Assembly (NCBI RefSeq): GCF_001194135.2
Contig: NC_068984.1
Coordinates: 144,641,118 to 144,705,117 of the forward strand
DNA length: 64,000 nt
Direction: 5' to 3'
Source: Octopus bimaculoides
Lineage: Eukaryota
In this document: positions 10,201 through 21,470 of the stretch, piece by piece
How the letters are laid out: every line of letters starts with the position of its first letter
Position numbering within the stretch: position 1 is the stretch's first letter
Position numbers and translations under genes: made by a program
Notes under the pieces: model-generated
Database searches by the model: none
Told to the model about the DNA's origin: nothing
The model's input: only the letters and a program-made list of their open reading frames with translations

Positions 10201-12385
10201 AAAGATAAACAGGAAAAAGACATTTCCTAGAACAGAAGATCAGATGAGAAGATGGGCAGAAGATTTTTCAAGGGTTATTGAACTGACCTGACCACTGGAT
10301 GTCTCACTCCCAGTGGAGAGGGTGCTGTCCATAATCTGTGATAATCCTTTCAAAATAGGGAAGCTGTTAAGGCATTAAAATATGGCAGCGGAGCAGAGTC
10401 CTACAAATGGGATACCAGCAGAGGCAATGAAGGCCAATTTGCAATCTGTGGGTGACGTTTCACAACCTGGGATCAAAAGCAAATTGCAGAAGAATGGAAA
10501 GATGGAATCACAGTAAAGCTAACCAAAAAAAATGGGAGACCTTAGTAACTGCAATGACTACAGGGCAGTCATGTTTTTCCCAGTACCAGGCAGAGTTCTG
10601 AACAGAATTTTGTTGAAGGAAATGGAAGCAATATTGGATTCCATGCTTTGAGATCAGCTGGAAGGTTTCCAATGGAATAGATCCTGTACAGATGAGATTA
10701 TCATTGTGAGACAATCACTGGAGTGAATGTTTTCTTTATACACGGCTTCATAGATTATGAGACAATCCTTGACATAGTAGACCAGTGGTTCTCACCTTTC
10801 AGGCCCTGAGGGAGGTGGAAGGGAGGATGCCCTAGAAATAGCTAGTGGGATACTAATGCAGGGCTGAAAAAGCAAAAGCAGGCATCCAACTGAAGAGAAT
10901 CAGCAAAGACAGCCCCAAAGTCGAGAACCGTAAAAGTAGTTTTTGTGTGTTTAAAATTGATTTATGAATTTAATCAACCATGTCTTCTTTCTGTTTTTCT
11001 TTCTAGATATTCCTTATTCGTTGGACTCTATCCTTTAGGGGTCACTGTAAGTATTTCGCCCTTTTAATCTTTATCTCTCTTCTATTGCCCTAGTCGTCCT
11101 GACAATTTGACCAGTCACGGTAGTCCTGGATTCTACTGGTTCAGTTTATCCTTGAATTATTGGGAACCATGGGTGGGGGCTGCAAGAGAGGCTAACTTAT
11201 TGACCACATGGGTCATCTATGATATTTATTTTAACAAGCTTGGGCTATCTAGCTGTAAATACGTACCATTTTAAGATATAGTTCTCTACTATACACAGTC
11301 CATGTAGCTGTAAATAGGTACCATTTTAAGGTACAGTTCACAACCCATTGAAGTTGATCTAAAATATGTTGTGTTGTTCTTTCAGGGTGAACTATTGTGC
11401 ATGTTCCGAAGTCTTCCCTACATCAGTGCCAGAAACACTCTGTCGCTCTCCTTGCCAAACCGACTGAATGTCTCCTTCAGTTTTTACTATTTTCTCATAG
11501 CCGTCATGTTGAGTTACATTCCAAGTAAGTGCTCTCTAGAACATTGTTTGCCCTCTTTTCATCTCTTTTCCTTTCTCCTTTATTTTGCACACACACACAC
11601 ACACACACACAGAGGATAAAGCCCCTTTTCCCATGTCATATTGACTCATCAGGTCGGTTTCCTGGTTTCTGTGGCATATATATTCCTCACTGGACAGAAT
11701 GCTGGCATATTGCAGGATGACTCACTTTTGTCAGGTGTGCGGACTGGAGCAACATGAAGTGTTTTGCTCAAGAACTCAATGCATTGGTTTTGGAATATTT
11801 TAATGAAATCAGAGTTATTGCCCTTAACATAAGTTTCTTTTTTTTTTATTATTTAGTCAACCCTTTCGTTACTGTATTTATTTTGAGATGCTCTGTCAGG
11901 TTTCTTTCAATTACTTAAATATAACAAAGAATTTTTAAAAATAACTTAGTTATCTTTAAGCTTGTGTTTAATTTTCGTAGTTTAACCCTTTGGCATTCAG
12001 GTTATTCTATCAAATGTCATGTTTATTTATTCCCATTTTTTTTTAGAAACTAATCATGCATTATCTCCTAGCTTTATGGTTTCAATGTTGATGTGATTGT
12101 TTTTTATTTTTTAGAATGATGTTGTAGGGTAGGTATGAGAGGCTGGATCTGGCCTGTTTCAACATAAAACAAATAGAATATTTGAGCTGGATATGACTGG
12201 TTCAGATGCTAAAGGGTTAAAAAAAAATCATTTATCTATTTTTGTTGATATTTGTTTATAATTTTTTTTTCTGTTTATTTTTTGCAGTTTTCCCTCAACT
12301 CTTCAGCCGCATGTTGTCTCAGAGAAAGAGAGTTCTTGCCATGATGGCCAGGAAACGAGCAGAAATGGCCAACAAGAAGGAATAA
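666..12385 (+). CDS. HACD2: Spliced gene model (5' exon missing): very-long-chain (3R)-3-hydroxyacyl-CoA dehydratase, HACD1/2 (PTPLA/Phs1) family. Exons 666-783, 1633-1740, 4010-4131, 11007-11046, 11386-11524, 12288-12385
   Basis: All six exons have AG/GT boundaries and compatible phases (2,0,0,2,0,1). Joined translation: WSSILFMMIGHIAGISSTKGLYISLGPMVKIFQTGAVLE/VLHVAIGIVKSNLRMTFFQVFSRLFVVWGIMQHVPE/AQENVGVVMFLVAWVITEIIRYTYYFCMLLSMVPYYLMWAR/YSLFVGLYPLGVT/GELLCMFRSLPYISARNTLSLSLPNRLNVSFSFYYFLIAVMLSYIP/IFPQLFSRMLSQRKRVLAMMARKRAEMANKKE*. It contains the family motifs FQT.A.LE, QV.SR, W..TEIIRY and LYP.GV.GE (catalytic Tyr and Glu). HACD1 versus HACD2 cannot be distinguished from this sequence. Confidence 0.95.
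1000..1558. mobile_element. Two opposed RTE 3'UTR-derived repeats with (GAT)n/(CAT)n tails
   Basis: gtggttgg..ttaggaagggc.tccagctgtagaaac...ccaacccatgccagcat..(GAT)n on + (about 1000-1246) and its reverse complement (about 1384-1558). Confidence 0.85.
1633..1740 (+). CDS. HACD2: HACD exon (108 nt)
   Basis: ctctccccttag|GTT TTG CAT...CCA GAG|gtacgg; encodes VLHVAIGIV...FQVFSRLFVVWG..VPE. Confidence 0.95.
1781..1997 (-). mobile_element. (ATT)n-tailed SINE
   Basis: Reverse of the family consensus (ggatgaaag.caaagtc...gaatttgaactc). Confidence 0.8.
2067..2275 (-). mobile_element. RTE 3'UTR-derived repeat
   Basis: (CAT)n-cgtt...ccatgctggcatgggttggac core. Confidence 0.85.
2422..2466 (-). ncRNA. 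Degenerate type I hammerhead ribozyme motif (left arm)
   Basis: Minus strand: gacat-CTGAAGA-A-GGCTG-gagtataca-CAGCT-GAAAC-ATA-gtgaa. Confidence 0.55.
2766..2810 (+). ncRNA. Degenerate type I hammerhead ribozyme motif (right arm)
   Basis: gacac-CTGAAGA-A-[gcctag...cagct]-GAAAC-GTA-gtaaa; stems I and II are partly mismatched. Confidence 0.5.
3023..3616. mobile_element. hAT-like MITE interrupted by an RTE-tail insertion (about 3140-3462)
   Basis: CAGGGGTTCTCAAC left end, internal ggggtccata repeats and a degenerate right end. Confidence 0.45.
4010..4131 (+). CDS. HACD2: HACD exon (122 nt)
   Basis: gcttgacag|GCC CAA...TGG GCA AG|gtaatt; encodes AW.ITEIIRY.YY...PY.L.WAR. Confidence 0.96.
4628..5247. 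mobile_element. hAT-like MITE carrying a nested foldback
   Basis: Termini CAGTGCT...AGCACTG with flanking 8-mers ctgtgacc/gtgtaacc (6/8, a TSD-like match). Confidence 0.5.
4743..5017. repeat. Near-perfect foldback inverted repeat (about 135-bp arms)
   Basis: tctgttgtgtc..gggagagtcattctcttttggtgcc...tagttttg / caaaacta...ggcaccaaaagagaatgactctcccc..gacacaacaga. Confidence 0.9.
5470..5806 (+). mobile_element. tRNA-derived SINE (family with the ttcttgagcaagacact core)
   Basis: A box TGGCTCAGTGG and B box GAGTTCGATTCC. Reverse-strand fragments occur at about 7265-7400, 11720-11790, 17090-17260, 24170-24390 and 25380-25590. Confidence 0.85.
6339..6891. mobile_element. Mariner-derived foldback MITE built from two inverted transposase 3' ends
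   Basis: TA-CGAGGG...CCCTCG-TA termini. The right half encodes DYHLFGPMKEGLRGKHYSSDEEVKTVVKKWLKEQ...GIHALIRRWNIAIERNGDYVEK*, and the left half is its reverse complement. Confidence 0.92.
8680..9345 (+). mobile_element. Long RTE 3'UTR-derived repeat with internal subrepeats
   Basis: Repeated gtgccagtggaac.ttaaaagcac units and the terminal core with (GAT)n. Confidence 0.85.
10030..10790 (+). mobile_element. Decayed RTE-type LINE reverse-transcriptase fragment
   Basis: Frameshifted EEWKDGITVKL.K.GDLSNCNDYR...PGRVLNRILL...RSCTD...FIDYE motifs. Confidence 0.8.
11007..11046 (+). CDS. HACD2: HACD exon (40 nt, catalytic Tyr)
   Basis: tttttctttctag|A TAT TCC...GTC ACT|gtaagt; encodes RYSLFVGLYPLGVT. 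Confidence 0.95.
11386..11524 (+). CDS. HACD2: HACD exon (139 nt, catalytic Glu)
   Basis: gttctttcag|GGT GAA CTA...ATT CCA A|gtaagt; encodes GELL...LP...SLPNRLNVSF...MLSYIP. Confidence 0.95.
11986..12216. mobile_element. piggyBac-like MITE in the last HACD intron
   Basis: TTAA-CCCTTTGGCAT...ATGCTAAAGGG-TTAA termini with TTAA TSD. Confidence 0.75.
12288..12385 (+). CDS. HACD2: HACD terminal exon (98 nt to stop)
   Basis: ttttttgcag|TT TTC CCT CAA...AAG GAA TAA; encodes FPQL..RM..QRKRVL with a C-terminal lysine-rich ER-retrieval-like end NKKE*. Confidence 0.93.
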
Positions 12386-12590
12386 AGAAAAAAAAACATA
12401 GTTCTACAGCAGCATTGATAAAATGGCATTTGATGCAATATTTTGTCGAAATCTAAACTGATCAGAGAACTGAGTTCTCGTCACACTGGAGGTTGATGTC
12501 ATGTGACAAATGCACAAGCGTCACCTTTTCCATTATCATAACATAATAAGCACACAAACAAATGCGCACAGTTCATCTTTCACATAACAT

Positions 12591-12727
12591 CTACACACAC
12601 AAGCAACTCGTATTCACACACACACAAGCAACTCGTATTCACACACACACAAGCAACTCGTATTCACACACACACAAGCAACTCATATTCACACACACAC
12701 AAGCAACTCGTATTCACACACACACAC
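12591..12727. repeat. 25-bp minisatellite, about 5 copies, downstream of the HACD stop
   Basis: aagcaactcgtattcacacacacac repeated. Confidence 0.9.
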
Positions 12728-13186
12728 TTCAATATCATCAAACACTGACAAGTGTGTTCAGCAAAACACAGTCTATACATGCACACTCAGATTCTATACT
12801 GCATTCACCTTCCACATTCACAAATTCAAACACACACATACACATCAACTAGTGTCTTCCTCCTCTGCTTTCAACACAACAGTTTGCTGTGTTGAAAGAC
12901 CAACAGCAAAATCTCTCTGGTGACCTTGTAAGTGTGGATTCACTGTGTGTGAATAAGTATAATCACCCATTGATGGATAGATCGTTTGGTTAGTCGAGTA
13001 ATTGTTTTGACACACTTCAACGAGGTAATTATTAAATAACGAAAACAAGAGAGTGCAGTGTGTGGTGTTAAACTTGGATGTTAATCTGGTGATGTAGGTT
13101 CAAACTTGACCTAGTTTTCCTGAATTATTGTTTGATTTTCTCGTTAATTTATTTAATAATTAAAGTGTTTGGTCTATTTCTCAATC

Positions 13187-13192
13187 AATAAA
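13187..13192 (+). terminator. Candidate HACD poly(A) signal AATAAA
   Basis: AATAAA about 800 nt after the stop codon, followed by T/GT-rich sequence; no transcript evidence is available. Confidence 0.3.
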
Positions 13193-13824
13193 CAATTGAT
13201 TTATAATAACCTGTTGTTGTTGTATAGTGAGTCTTAATGAAGCAAACCTATGGTTAAAAGTGTTCCAACTATGGCCATCCTACTGTATGACAGACAGTGA
13301 CTAAAAGTACATGTTGCAGCCATCAAGTTTTGAATTTCATTCCACCTTTTACCAAAGTCTTGGGGCAACCAATTCCTTGCAAATGAAACTTGACAGAAAT
13401 GGTGGAATCCTACTTGAAAGTTAAAGGTCCAACTTTGTCACATATTGTATTTCAGTTACTGCCTTTTGAAATTAGGTTGATGATACATGGGTCTGTGGAA
13501 TATTGAGCCATGTACAAGTTAATTTAATCCTTTTTGATACCAGACCCACCAGAGAGACTGCTCCTGGTCAGTTATGTGGAACTCTGAGCAACAGTTTGGG
13601 AAGTTTTCATTTCAGGTTCACTAAAATATTGTGTACGTGTATCTATATCTGTCTGTGTTTTTTTTTTTTTATATTCTGTCTATGAAACTCACTCATAAGG
13701 CTTTGGTCAGCCTGAAGCTATAGCAGAAGACATTTGCTTCAGTCCCACTTGCTAGCATCTGCATGTGTGGGGTGCTGAGGTAGGACCTCCTTTGGACCAG
13801 AGCAAAGGTCTTCTTGGACAATCA

Positions 13825-14159
13825 ATGAGTGTTACTGAGCCATCATTCCTTTCCTTCATTGGACACTAAACTCTGCTTGCAAAGACCTGTTGGAGCAAGT
13901 GAAATCGTAATTGATCCAAATTCGATGACTGGCACCTGTGCCAGTGGAGCGCTAACAGCACCATCCGAGCGTGATCATTGCCAGAGCAGCGGTCTGGCTT
14001 CCATGCTGGTGGCACGTAAATAGCACCATTTGAGCGTGATTATTACCAGCGTCGCCTTACTGGCACTTGTGCCGGTGGAACGTAAAAAAACATTCAAGCC
14101 AGGTCGTTGCCAGTGCCCCTGGACTGGCTCCTGTGCAGGTGGCACGTAAAATACATCAT
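13825..14159 (+). mobile_element. RTE 3'UTR-derived repeat running into an N-gap
   Basis: Same subrepeats as 8680-9345. Confidence 0.8.
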
Positions 14160-14909
14160 NNNNNNNNNNNNNNNNNNNNNNNNNNNNNNNNNNNNNNNNN
14201 NNNNNNNNNNNNNNNNNNNNNNNNNNNNNNNNNNNNNNNNNNNNNNNNNNNNNNNNNNNNNNNNNNNNNNNNNNNNNNNNNNNNNNNNNNNNNNNNNNNN
14301 NNNNNNNNNNNNNNNNNNNNNNNNNNNNNNNNNNNNNNNNNNNNNNNNNNNNNNNNNNNNNNNNNNNNNNNNNNNNNNNNNNNNNNNNNNNNNNNNNNNN
14401 NNNNNNNNNNNNNNNNNNNNNNNNNNNNNNNNNNNNNNNNNNNNNNNNNNNNNNNNNNNNNNNNNNNNNNNNNNNNNNNNNNNNNNNNNNNNNNNNNNNN
14501 NNNNNNNNNNNNNNNNNNNNNNNNNNNNNNNNNNNNNNNNNNNNNNNNNNNNNNNNNNNNNNNNNNNNNNNNNNNNNNNNNNNNNNNNNNNNNNNNNNNN
14601 NNNNNNNNNNNNNNNNNNNNNNNNNNNNNNNNNNNNNNNNNNNNNNNNNNNNNNNNNNNNNNNNNNNNNNNNNNNNNNNNNNNNNNNNNNNNNNNNNNNN
14701 NNNNNNNNNNNNNNNNNNNNNNNNNNNNNNNNNNNNNNNNNNNNNNNNNNNNNNNNNNNNNNNNNNNNNNNNNNNNNNNNNNNNNNNNNNNNNNNNNNNN
14801 NNNNNNNNNNNNNNNNNNNNNNNNNNNNNNNNNNNNNNNNNNNNNNNNNNNNNNNNNNNNNNNNNNNNNNNNNNNNNNNNNNNNNNNNNNNNNNNNNNNN
14901 NNNNNNNNN
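14160..14909. other. Assembly gap (N). Other gaps: 18263-18851, 26800-27746, 31192-31473, 32694-33012, 35271-35464, 61112-61150, 61780-62399 and several short ones
   Basis: Runs of N; the long X-filled ORFs in the ORF track are artefacts of these gaps. Confidence 0.99.
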
Positions 14910-14952
14910 NNNNNNNNNNATACATTATATATATATATATATATATAAATAG

Positions 14953-14990
<38 letters not shown>

Positions 14991-15431
14991 TACATTATAT
15001 ATATATAATAGAAAGAGAGAAACATATGTGCACACATATACACACACACAAATGTGTTTATACACCCACAATACACATTAAATAGATGCGTAAACAATTT
15101 AATAACGTGAGTGTCAGTCTGTGCTGCTGTAAATGAAAAAGAAGAAAGAAAAAGAAAACGTAAAATATTTTCTCAAATTGTTTATTTGACACAAGAAAAT
15201 ACGAGAGAGATTTTATACATCAGGATTGTGAAAGAATTTCAATTGAGATTCTATTTTTACCATATTCCATCTTAGAGAGCTGTTTTTAGTTTCCCTCGTT
15301 TGTTTTAATTTTCTGATTAAGAAAAACATAATGCATTTTTTTTTTCTTCATCTCTTACATTAATTAAGCAAATTTATTTAATTTATATTTAAATTATATT
15401 ATTAATAAATTTATTACAATGATAATAATAA

Positions 15432-15650
15432 TAATCCTTTCTACAATAGGCACAAAGCCTGGAATTTGGGGGAGGGGGTAAGTTGATTACACCAACCCCA
15501 GCACTTGACTGGTACTTTTTGATCAACCCCCAAAAGGGGATGAATGGCAAAGCCGACCTCGGCGGAATTTGAACTCAGAATGTAAAGATGGATGAAATGC
15601 TGCGAAGCATTTTGCCCGGTGGTCAAGCGATTCTGCTGACTCACCACCTT
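15432..15650 (-). mobile_element. (ATT)n-tailed SINE between (AAT)n tracts
   Basis: Full-length reverse copy. Confidence 0.85.
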
Positions 15651-16048
15651 GATAATAATAATAATAATAATCAGAAGAAGAAGAATATAAAAGATTAACA
15701 AAATCATAACTGCAAAAATGTTAATATAAACTGTTGGCACAAAGTCTTAGATTTATAGGGGAGTTGTGATGAGATGTTGTGAGGTTCATGGCTTACCGAA
15801 GCAAGGAAGTGAAACACCATAGCCAAGGACTGAAACTTGATCATGGATTTGATTAATTCAAGAGCTTAGATTGTTGTGTTGGTATTATTATTATTATTAC
15901 TATTCATGCTATGCACGAATGTTTTACATTTGGAATCAATGTCCTTGATCCTGTGTCACAACCAGTTTCCTCTGAGGCTTTTCTTACAATCCTTACTGTT
16001 CCCAACAGAGCAGATTTCTGAATTAACTCTTGTAGCTACACCAATCTC

Positions 16049-16082
<34 letters not shown>

Positions 16083-17658
16083 TAAGGCCTACTGCATCAT
16101 GAAAGACTGAAGTTTTGGAGTCACTTGTATTTAATTCCCAGCAATTACCTTTGTTAATTCCCCTCCAGGGTCTTATTTTATCCAATTAGAACTGGCAAAG
16201 TTAAGTCAGAATCAGCTTTGTTTTGTGTGTGTGTGTGTTTTTTTTTGTTTTGTTTTTTGTCTTATGCCAGGATATGAAGCAGAAGAAGCAGGCATTGCAA
16301 GTGAAAGGTGTCAATTGACCAATGGCTACAGTGATTTCCTGTCAAAAGAGGAATAAAAATGGACAAATTTCTTCTTGCCAAACAAAAATAAAGAAGGAAA
16401 GAAAATAATTCTCTAAAATATCAATAAATAATAATGTATAAAAAATAGGGATGAACCAACAATAGGGGATGGAAGTAGGGTCCACTTAGCAGCACTATAA
16501 ACCTCCAGGCAAATCAATGCATTGAGCCCCGTGGTATATATTTACTTATTGACAGCAAACCACAACATACATAGATCAGAAGTGGGTCCCAAGACTTGTA
16601 AGGGTCACCAGGTGATGCCCAAACCTTACCAGAATGTTTGCAAAACAGTGGTGTCATCTAAAGGCACCCAATGACCAGATGGTGATGTTAAAGTAGCCCA
16701 TGGATTAAATGTAAGTAGGTAAAGACAGGATTTGAAACCAGAACACAAAGGGCCAGAAAAAAATCCCTCAAAGCATCCAGTACTCTAATAAGTTTTGATG
16801 CCAGTCCAGCACTTTAGAATGGTTACCTTTACTCATCCACCCTGGAAGAATAAAAGACAATGTTAATCTCAGTAAAATTTGAACTCATAAAGCAAGGTAC
16901 TGGAATAAATACCACAAGGCACTCTGTCTGACACTCAGCCAATTTGCCAGGAGGGTAATCAAAGGAACTCAAAACATTATGTGCCACAACAAAACATCAC
17001 ACTGCAAGGGACTCCATCATCATCATCATCATCATCATCAACAACAACAAACCCTGGGCATTCCTGTTTTAAGTCTTGTGATTCATAAGGCTGGTTTCCA
17101 TGGCCTGTAAATGATGAAGACCACAACATACACACTGAATAGGATGCCAGTCTGTCACAGGGTCAGTCATTTACAGCCTAATGGACTGGAACAATGTGAA
17201 ATGAAGTGTTTTGCTCAAGAACAAGACACACTGCCCGGTTTGGGAATTGAAACCACAATCCCCACATCATTAGGCCACATACTTTCACTATCATTTTCCA
17301 TCCCCACACCCACCAAAAAATTAATAAATATCACCAAAACAAAAAGAAAAAAAATGCAAGGAAATCAACAGAGTTAAGTAGAAGACCAGTTTTGTTGAAC
17401 AGCTGCATAAATGGGTCACCCACAGTATATTACAGGTACTTACTTCACCTGTCTTTAATTAAGTGAGCAACATTTCAGTAAAATTAAATAATTAATCGTT
17501 AATTATATTTTATAAAACAACAACAAAAAACCCCTGCAATAACAAAAATATGTTTAAAAAAATAATAAAACATGGAGAAATTTGAAATGATTTATGATAG
17601 TAAGTCAATGGAATTGGTAAAACATGATCTCACAGACCAAAATATAAAAGGTATAGTT

Positions 17659-17691
<33 letters not shown>

Positions 17692-18227
17692 ATTGTTTTA
17701 GTACCAAACCGTGAAGCTCAATAAAGGTTATTAGTTAAATATGTACATGAAGAGCTTCTACACAGTTTCTATTGACCAAATTGCATTCTCAAGGAATTGG
17801 TTAGCCCAAGGCTATGGCTGGGGGTAATTACGCAAGTGACAGCACACTGGGATTGAACCTGGAACTATATTGTGCACTTTATCTATCCACATATTTATCT
17901 ATTCTCTCCTTCTCTTACATATGTACACTCATACATACATACATTTACATACATACATTTACATACATACATACATATGTACAACAGTTTTATAATCATT
18001 AATTAGCTAAACAATCAGAGATTTATACATTTATGATCACTTGTCAAATGTATACATAATCAGCAGTTATATAGTCAGTAGTTAGGTATACATGCATATA
18101 TACATATATATATATATACACACACACATAGAGAGAGAGAGAGAAAGTGTAGTTTATGTATATAATCTATGTGTTAGCTATATAGCCTGTATTACATGCA
18201 AATATCTATCTATCTATCTATCTATCG

Positions 18228-18262
<35 letters not shown>

Positions 18263-18851
18263 NNNNNNNNNNNNNNNNNNNNNNNNNNNNNNNNNNNNNN
18301 NNNNNNNNNNNNNNNNNNNNNNNNNNNNNNNNNNNNNNNNNNNNNNNNNNNNNNNNNNNNNNNNNNNNNNNNNNNNNNNNNNNNNNNNNNNNNNNNNNNN
18401 NNNNNNNNNNNNNNNNNNNNNNNNNNNNNNNNNNNNNNNNNNNNNNNNNNNNNNNNNNNNNNNNNNNNNNNNNNNNNNNNNNNNNNNNNNNNNNNNNNNN
18501 NNNNNNNNNNNNNNNNNNNNNNNNNNNNNNNNNNNNNNNNNNNNNNNNNNNNNNNNNNNNNNNNNNNNNNNNNNNNNNNNNNNNNNNNNNNNNNNNNNNN
18601 NNNNNNNNNNNNNNNNNNNNNNNNNNNNNNNNNNNNNNNNNNNNNNNNNNNNNNNNNNNNNNNNNNNNNNNNNNNNNNNNNNNNNNNNNNNNNNNNNNNN
18701 NNNNNNNNNNNNNNNNNNNNNNNNNNNNNNNNNNNNNNNNNNNNNNNNNNNNNNNNNNNNNNNNNNNNNNNNNNNNNNNNNNNNNNNNNNNNNNNNNNNN
18801 NNNNNNNNNNNNNNNNNNNNNNNNNNNNNNNNNNNNNNNNNNNNNNNNNNN

Positions 18852-18902
<51 letters not shown>

Positions 18903-20389
18903 ACCTATATATATATAATATATTATTATCTGGGTAATAACCTTATAGAGTGCTTTCCAAAGCTCTTCTCTGGGTATCAGCCACCAAATGGTATCATACT
19001 GTAGGACTTTTTCTGTTACTGGATATACATGTGGAAATTCACAAATATCCATATGAGAGTATTAAAATTTGTGTGTTGGTGTGTGTGTGTGTGTGATAAC
19101 AGTTTGACTGAGCTCCAATTACTTAAAGTTTCATGGACACAAAACACATCCACCTCATAAATGTTTAGAGACAGAATGGAATATAATTTCAAGGAAATTT
19201 AAATGGCGTCCAGGTGAGAGTGTTTCAGCCTCCATTCGCCAGTTCAGATCCTGTGCCTATTTTTACTCTCATAGCAATATTATATTCTTAATTGGAAATT
19301 TCACATGGGGCATTAAACTGTATGTTGGCATTCTTTTGGGTGGTATTATTTTAGTGATAACAATCACTACATGGGGTTGTAACCAATATGAGGGTGTCAC
19401 ATGACATATGAGTTTGTGTGACCAGCATGAGTGATAGTAGGCTGTAATCAGTACTGGACATAGGAAGGATATACCCTGACGTTGTATGTAGACCAGCCTG
19501 GTTGAGGGGTGGGTTAGTCTGTTTATCGATGGCCGATGGCTTGAAATAAACTAAATTATATGGAACTAAGGCAAACTGTTATTAAATACATATAACTCCA
19601 ATTAAATGTGTTGAATGTATTAAATGCTGTTTTCTTTTCTTTCTTCGCTCAATCATGTACACACACACACATGCACATGCGCACGCACACACACACACAC
19701 ACGACAGTGGCAAATGAGTATTTAACCACTCATTTGGTGGATAAATATATTTATTACTTGTTGATTAGTCTTTTGGATGTCTCATTGAACATGGAGGCCA
19801 ATCATCAACATTTTAAAGTAGAATGCTGGAAAAATTGCAAAAATTCCCACATTATTCATCCACAAAGAAAAAGTGAACCCACACACACACGTACGCATGC
19901 ATGCACACACATATTTTATAGCCCGCTAAATAGTCACATAGTTATATAGTCACTGGGTGTTATATGTAGCCTGTGTGTATATGGATATAGTGTGTGTAGC
20001 CAATTGTTACATCGAGGGTTGATATGGAAATGGTTATCATTGAGGTAAAGGTGAGTATAATAAATAATTAAAATGGTTTTAATGAATGATTAAGATGTGA
20101 TTAGCCCTATTAACATGAGGTACAGGGGAAATATTGTGTGACATTCATGCCTGTTCTCCAAGATGTTAGCCACAGAAGGGAACTGGTTTCAATCAGGGAT
20201 TGAAACTAGAATATACATATATATATATTACTCTTGTCAAACCACATGTGTGGTGTGTGTGTGTGGATGTGTGGTGGGAGTATGTGCATTTGTATGTGTG
20301 TGAATATGTACAGACCGGTATGTTTGTATGTATGTGTGTGTGTATGAATGAGATGTATTTTTAATTGTATTTACATGTGATCCAATCAA

Positions 20390-20395
20390 TTTATT
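20390..20395 (-). terminator. Candidate poly(A) signal for the exon-3b isoform
   Basis: TTTATT on + (AATAAA on -) immediately beyond the TGACC-N3-GGTCA array; an alternative signal lies at 20801-20806. Confidence 0.3.
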
Positions 20396-20409
20396 TCTGA
20401 TAATTGTTG

Positions 20410-21365
20410 GTATTGACCAACGGTCAGTGTTGTATACTGTAATGCTCTGCAGTGACCAGTGGTCAAAGTAGTGTCATATGCTGTGCCATACTGTACCAGT
20501 TAGTAATAAGAAGCGGTTAGTAGCCAAAGTTGTATACCACATATTACTGTAGTGGTTAGTAGTGACCAATGTTAGATAGTGTATCATACTGCATTTTTAG
20601 TGACCAATGGTCAGTACTGTGTCATGTGCTGTCATAGTGGTCAGTGTTGTATTGTAAACTGTGTCTTACTCTAAAAGTAATGATTAATGGTCAAAGCTGT
20701 GTTATACACTGTACCATACAGTAACAGAGACCAGCGGTCAGTTTTGCATACCATATCATACCACAGTAGTTATGACTAACCAGTAGTCTGTGCTTTCTTA
20801 TTTATTATATCATACTGTAGTAGTTGACAGTGACCATTAGTCATCAAAGTATAATGTATCATACTGTAATAGGAGTGGCCAGGGGTCAGTGATGTAAATT
20901 GCATCATAGTGCAATGGTGAGTTGTAACCACTAGCCATCAAAGCTTGTTGTAAACCATATCATATTATAATTATCAGTAGTGACCAGCGATCAGAACTAT
21001 GTTACATATTATATCATACTGTAATTTTTACTATTGCCCAGTGGTCAGTGCTGTGTTACATACAGTGGTGTCAGCTATGTTGTATTCTGTATCATACTAT
21101 AGTAGTTATTAGTGACTGGTGGTCAGTGTTATGTTATATACTGTATCATAATGTATTAGTTCATAGTGACAAATAACCAGTTCTGTGTTCTGTGTAATAG
21201 TAGTGACCGGTGGTCAGAGCTGTGTTATATACTGTATCATATTCTGATGGTTTATAGTGATTAATAATCAGTTTTGTGTTATATACTGTACCAGAGTGTA
21301 ATTGTTAGTTGTGACCAGCGGTCAGTTCTGTGCTGTATACCATGTCATATTGCGATGGTCAGTGA
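20410..21365. repeat. Degenerate ~50-55-bp tandem array with a TGACC-N3-GGTCA palindromic core (about 18 units)
   Basis: Perfect cores near 20414, 20453, 20601, 21203 and 21312, with degenerate cores between them; linker consensus about gtgctgtgttatatactgtatcatactgtagtagt. Confidence 0.85.
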
Positions 21366-21470
21366 ACACCAGGTAGACAGAGTTTGCATGAGGTAATGTC
21401 TTATGAAAGATTGGGTTGTGATTTGGTTGATTGGTGAATTGGTAAATTGGTGGCTTGGCTGGTGTATTTG

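Noticed and set aside
13975-15097. Long ORFs (280-400 aa) across N-runs here and at 18.1-19.0, 26.7-27.9, 31.1-31.5, 32.6-33.2, 35.2-35.5 and 61.7-62.5 kb
   Set aside because: They are artefacts of N-gaps translated as X plus flanking (TA)n.
20414-20465. Classical estrogen response elements
   Set aside because: The orientation is TGACC-N3-GGTCA (everted), not GGTCA-N3-TGACC.
20410-21365. CRISPR-like appearance (palindromic repeat plus spacers)
   Set aside because: The linkers are homologous to each other, the repeats are degenerate, the genome is animal and no cas genes are present; it is a minisatellite.
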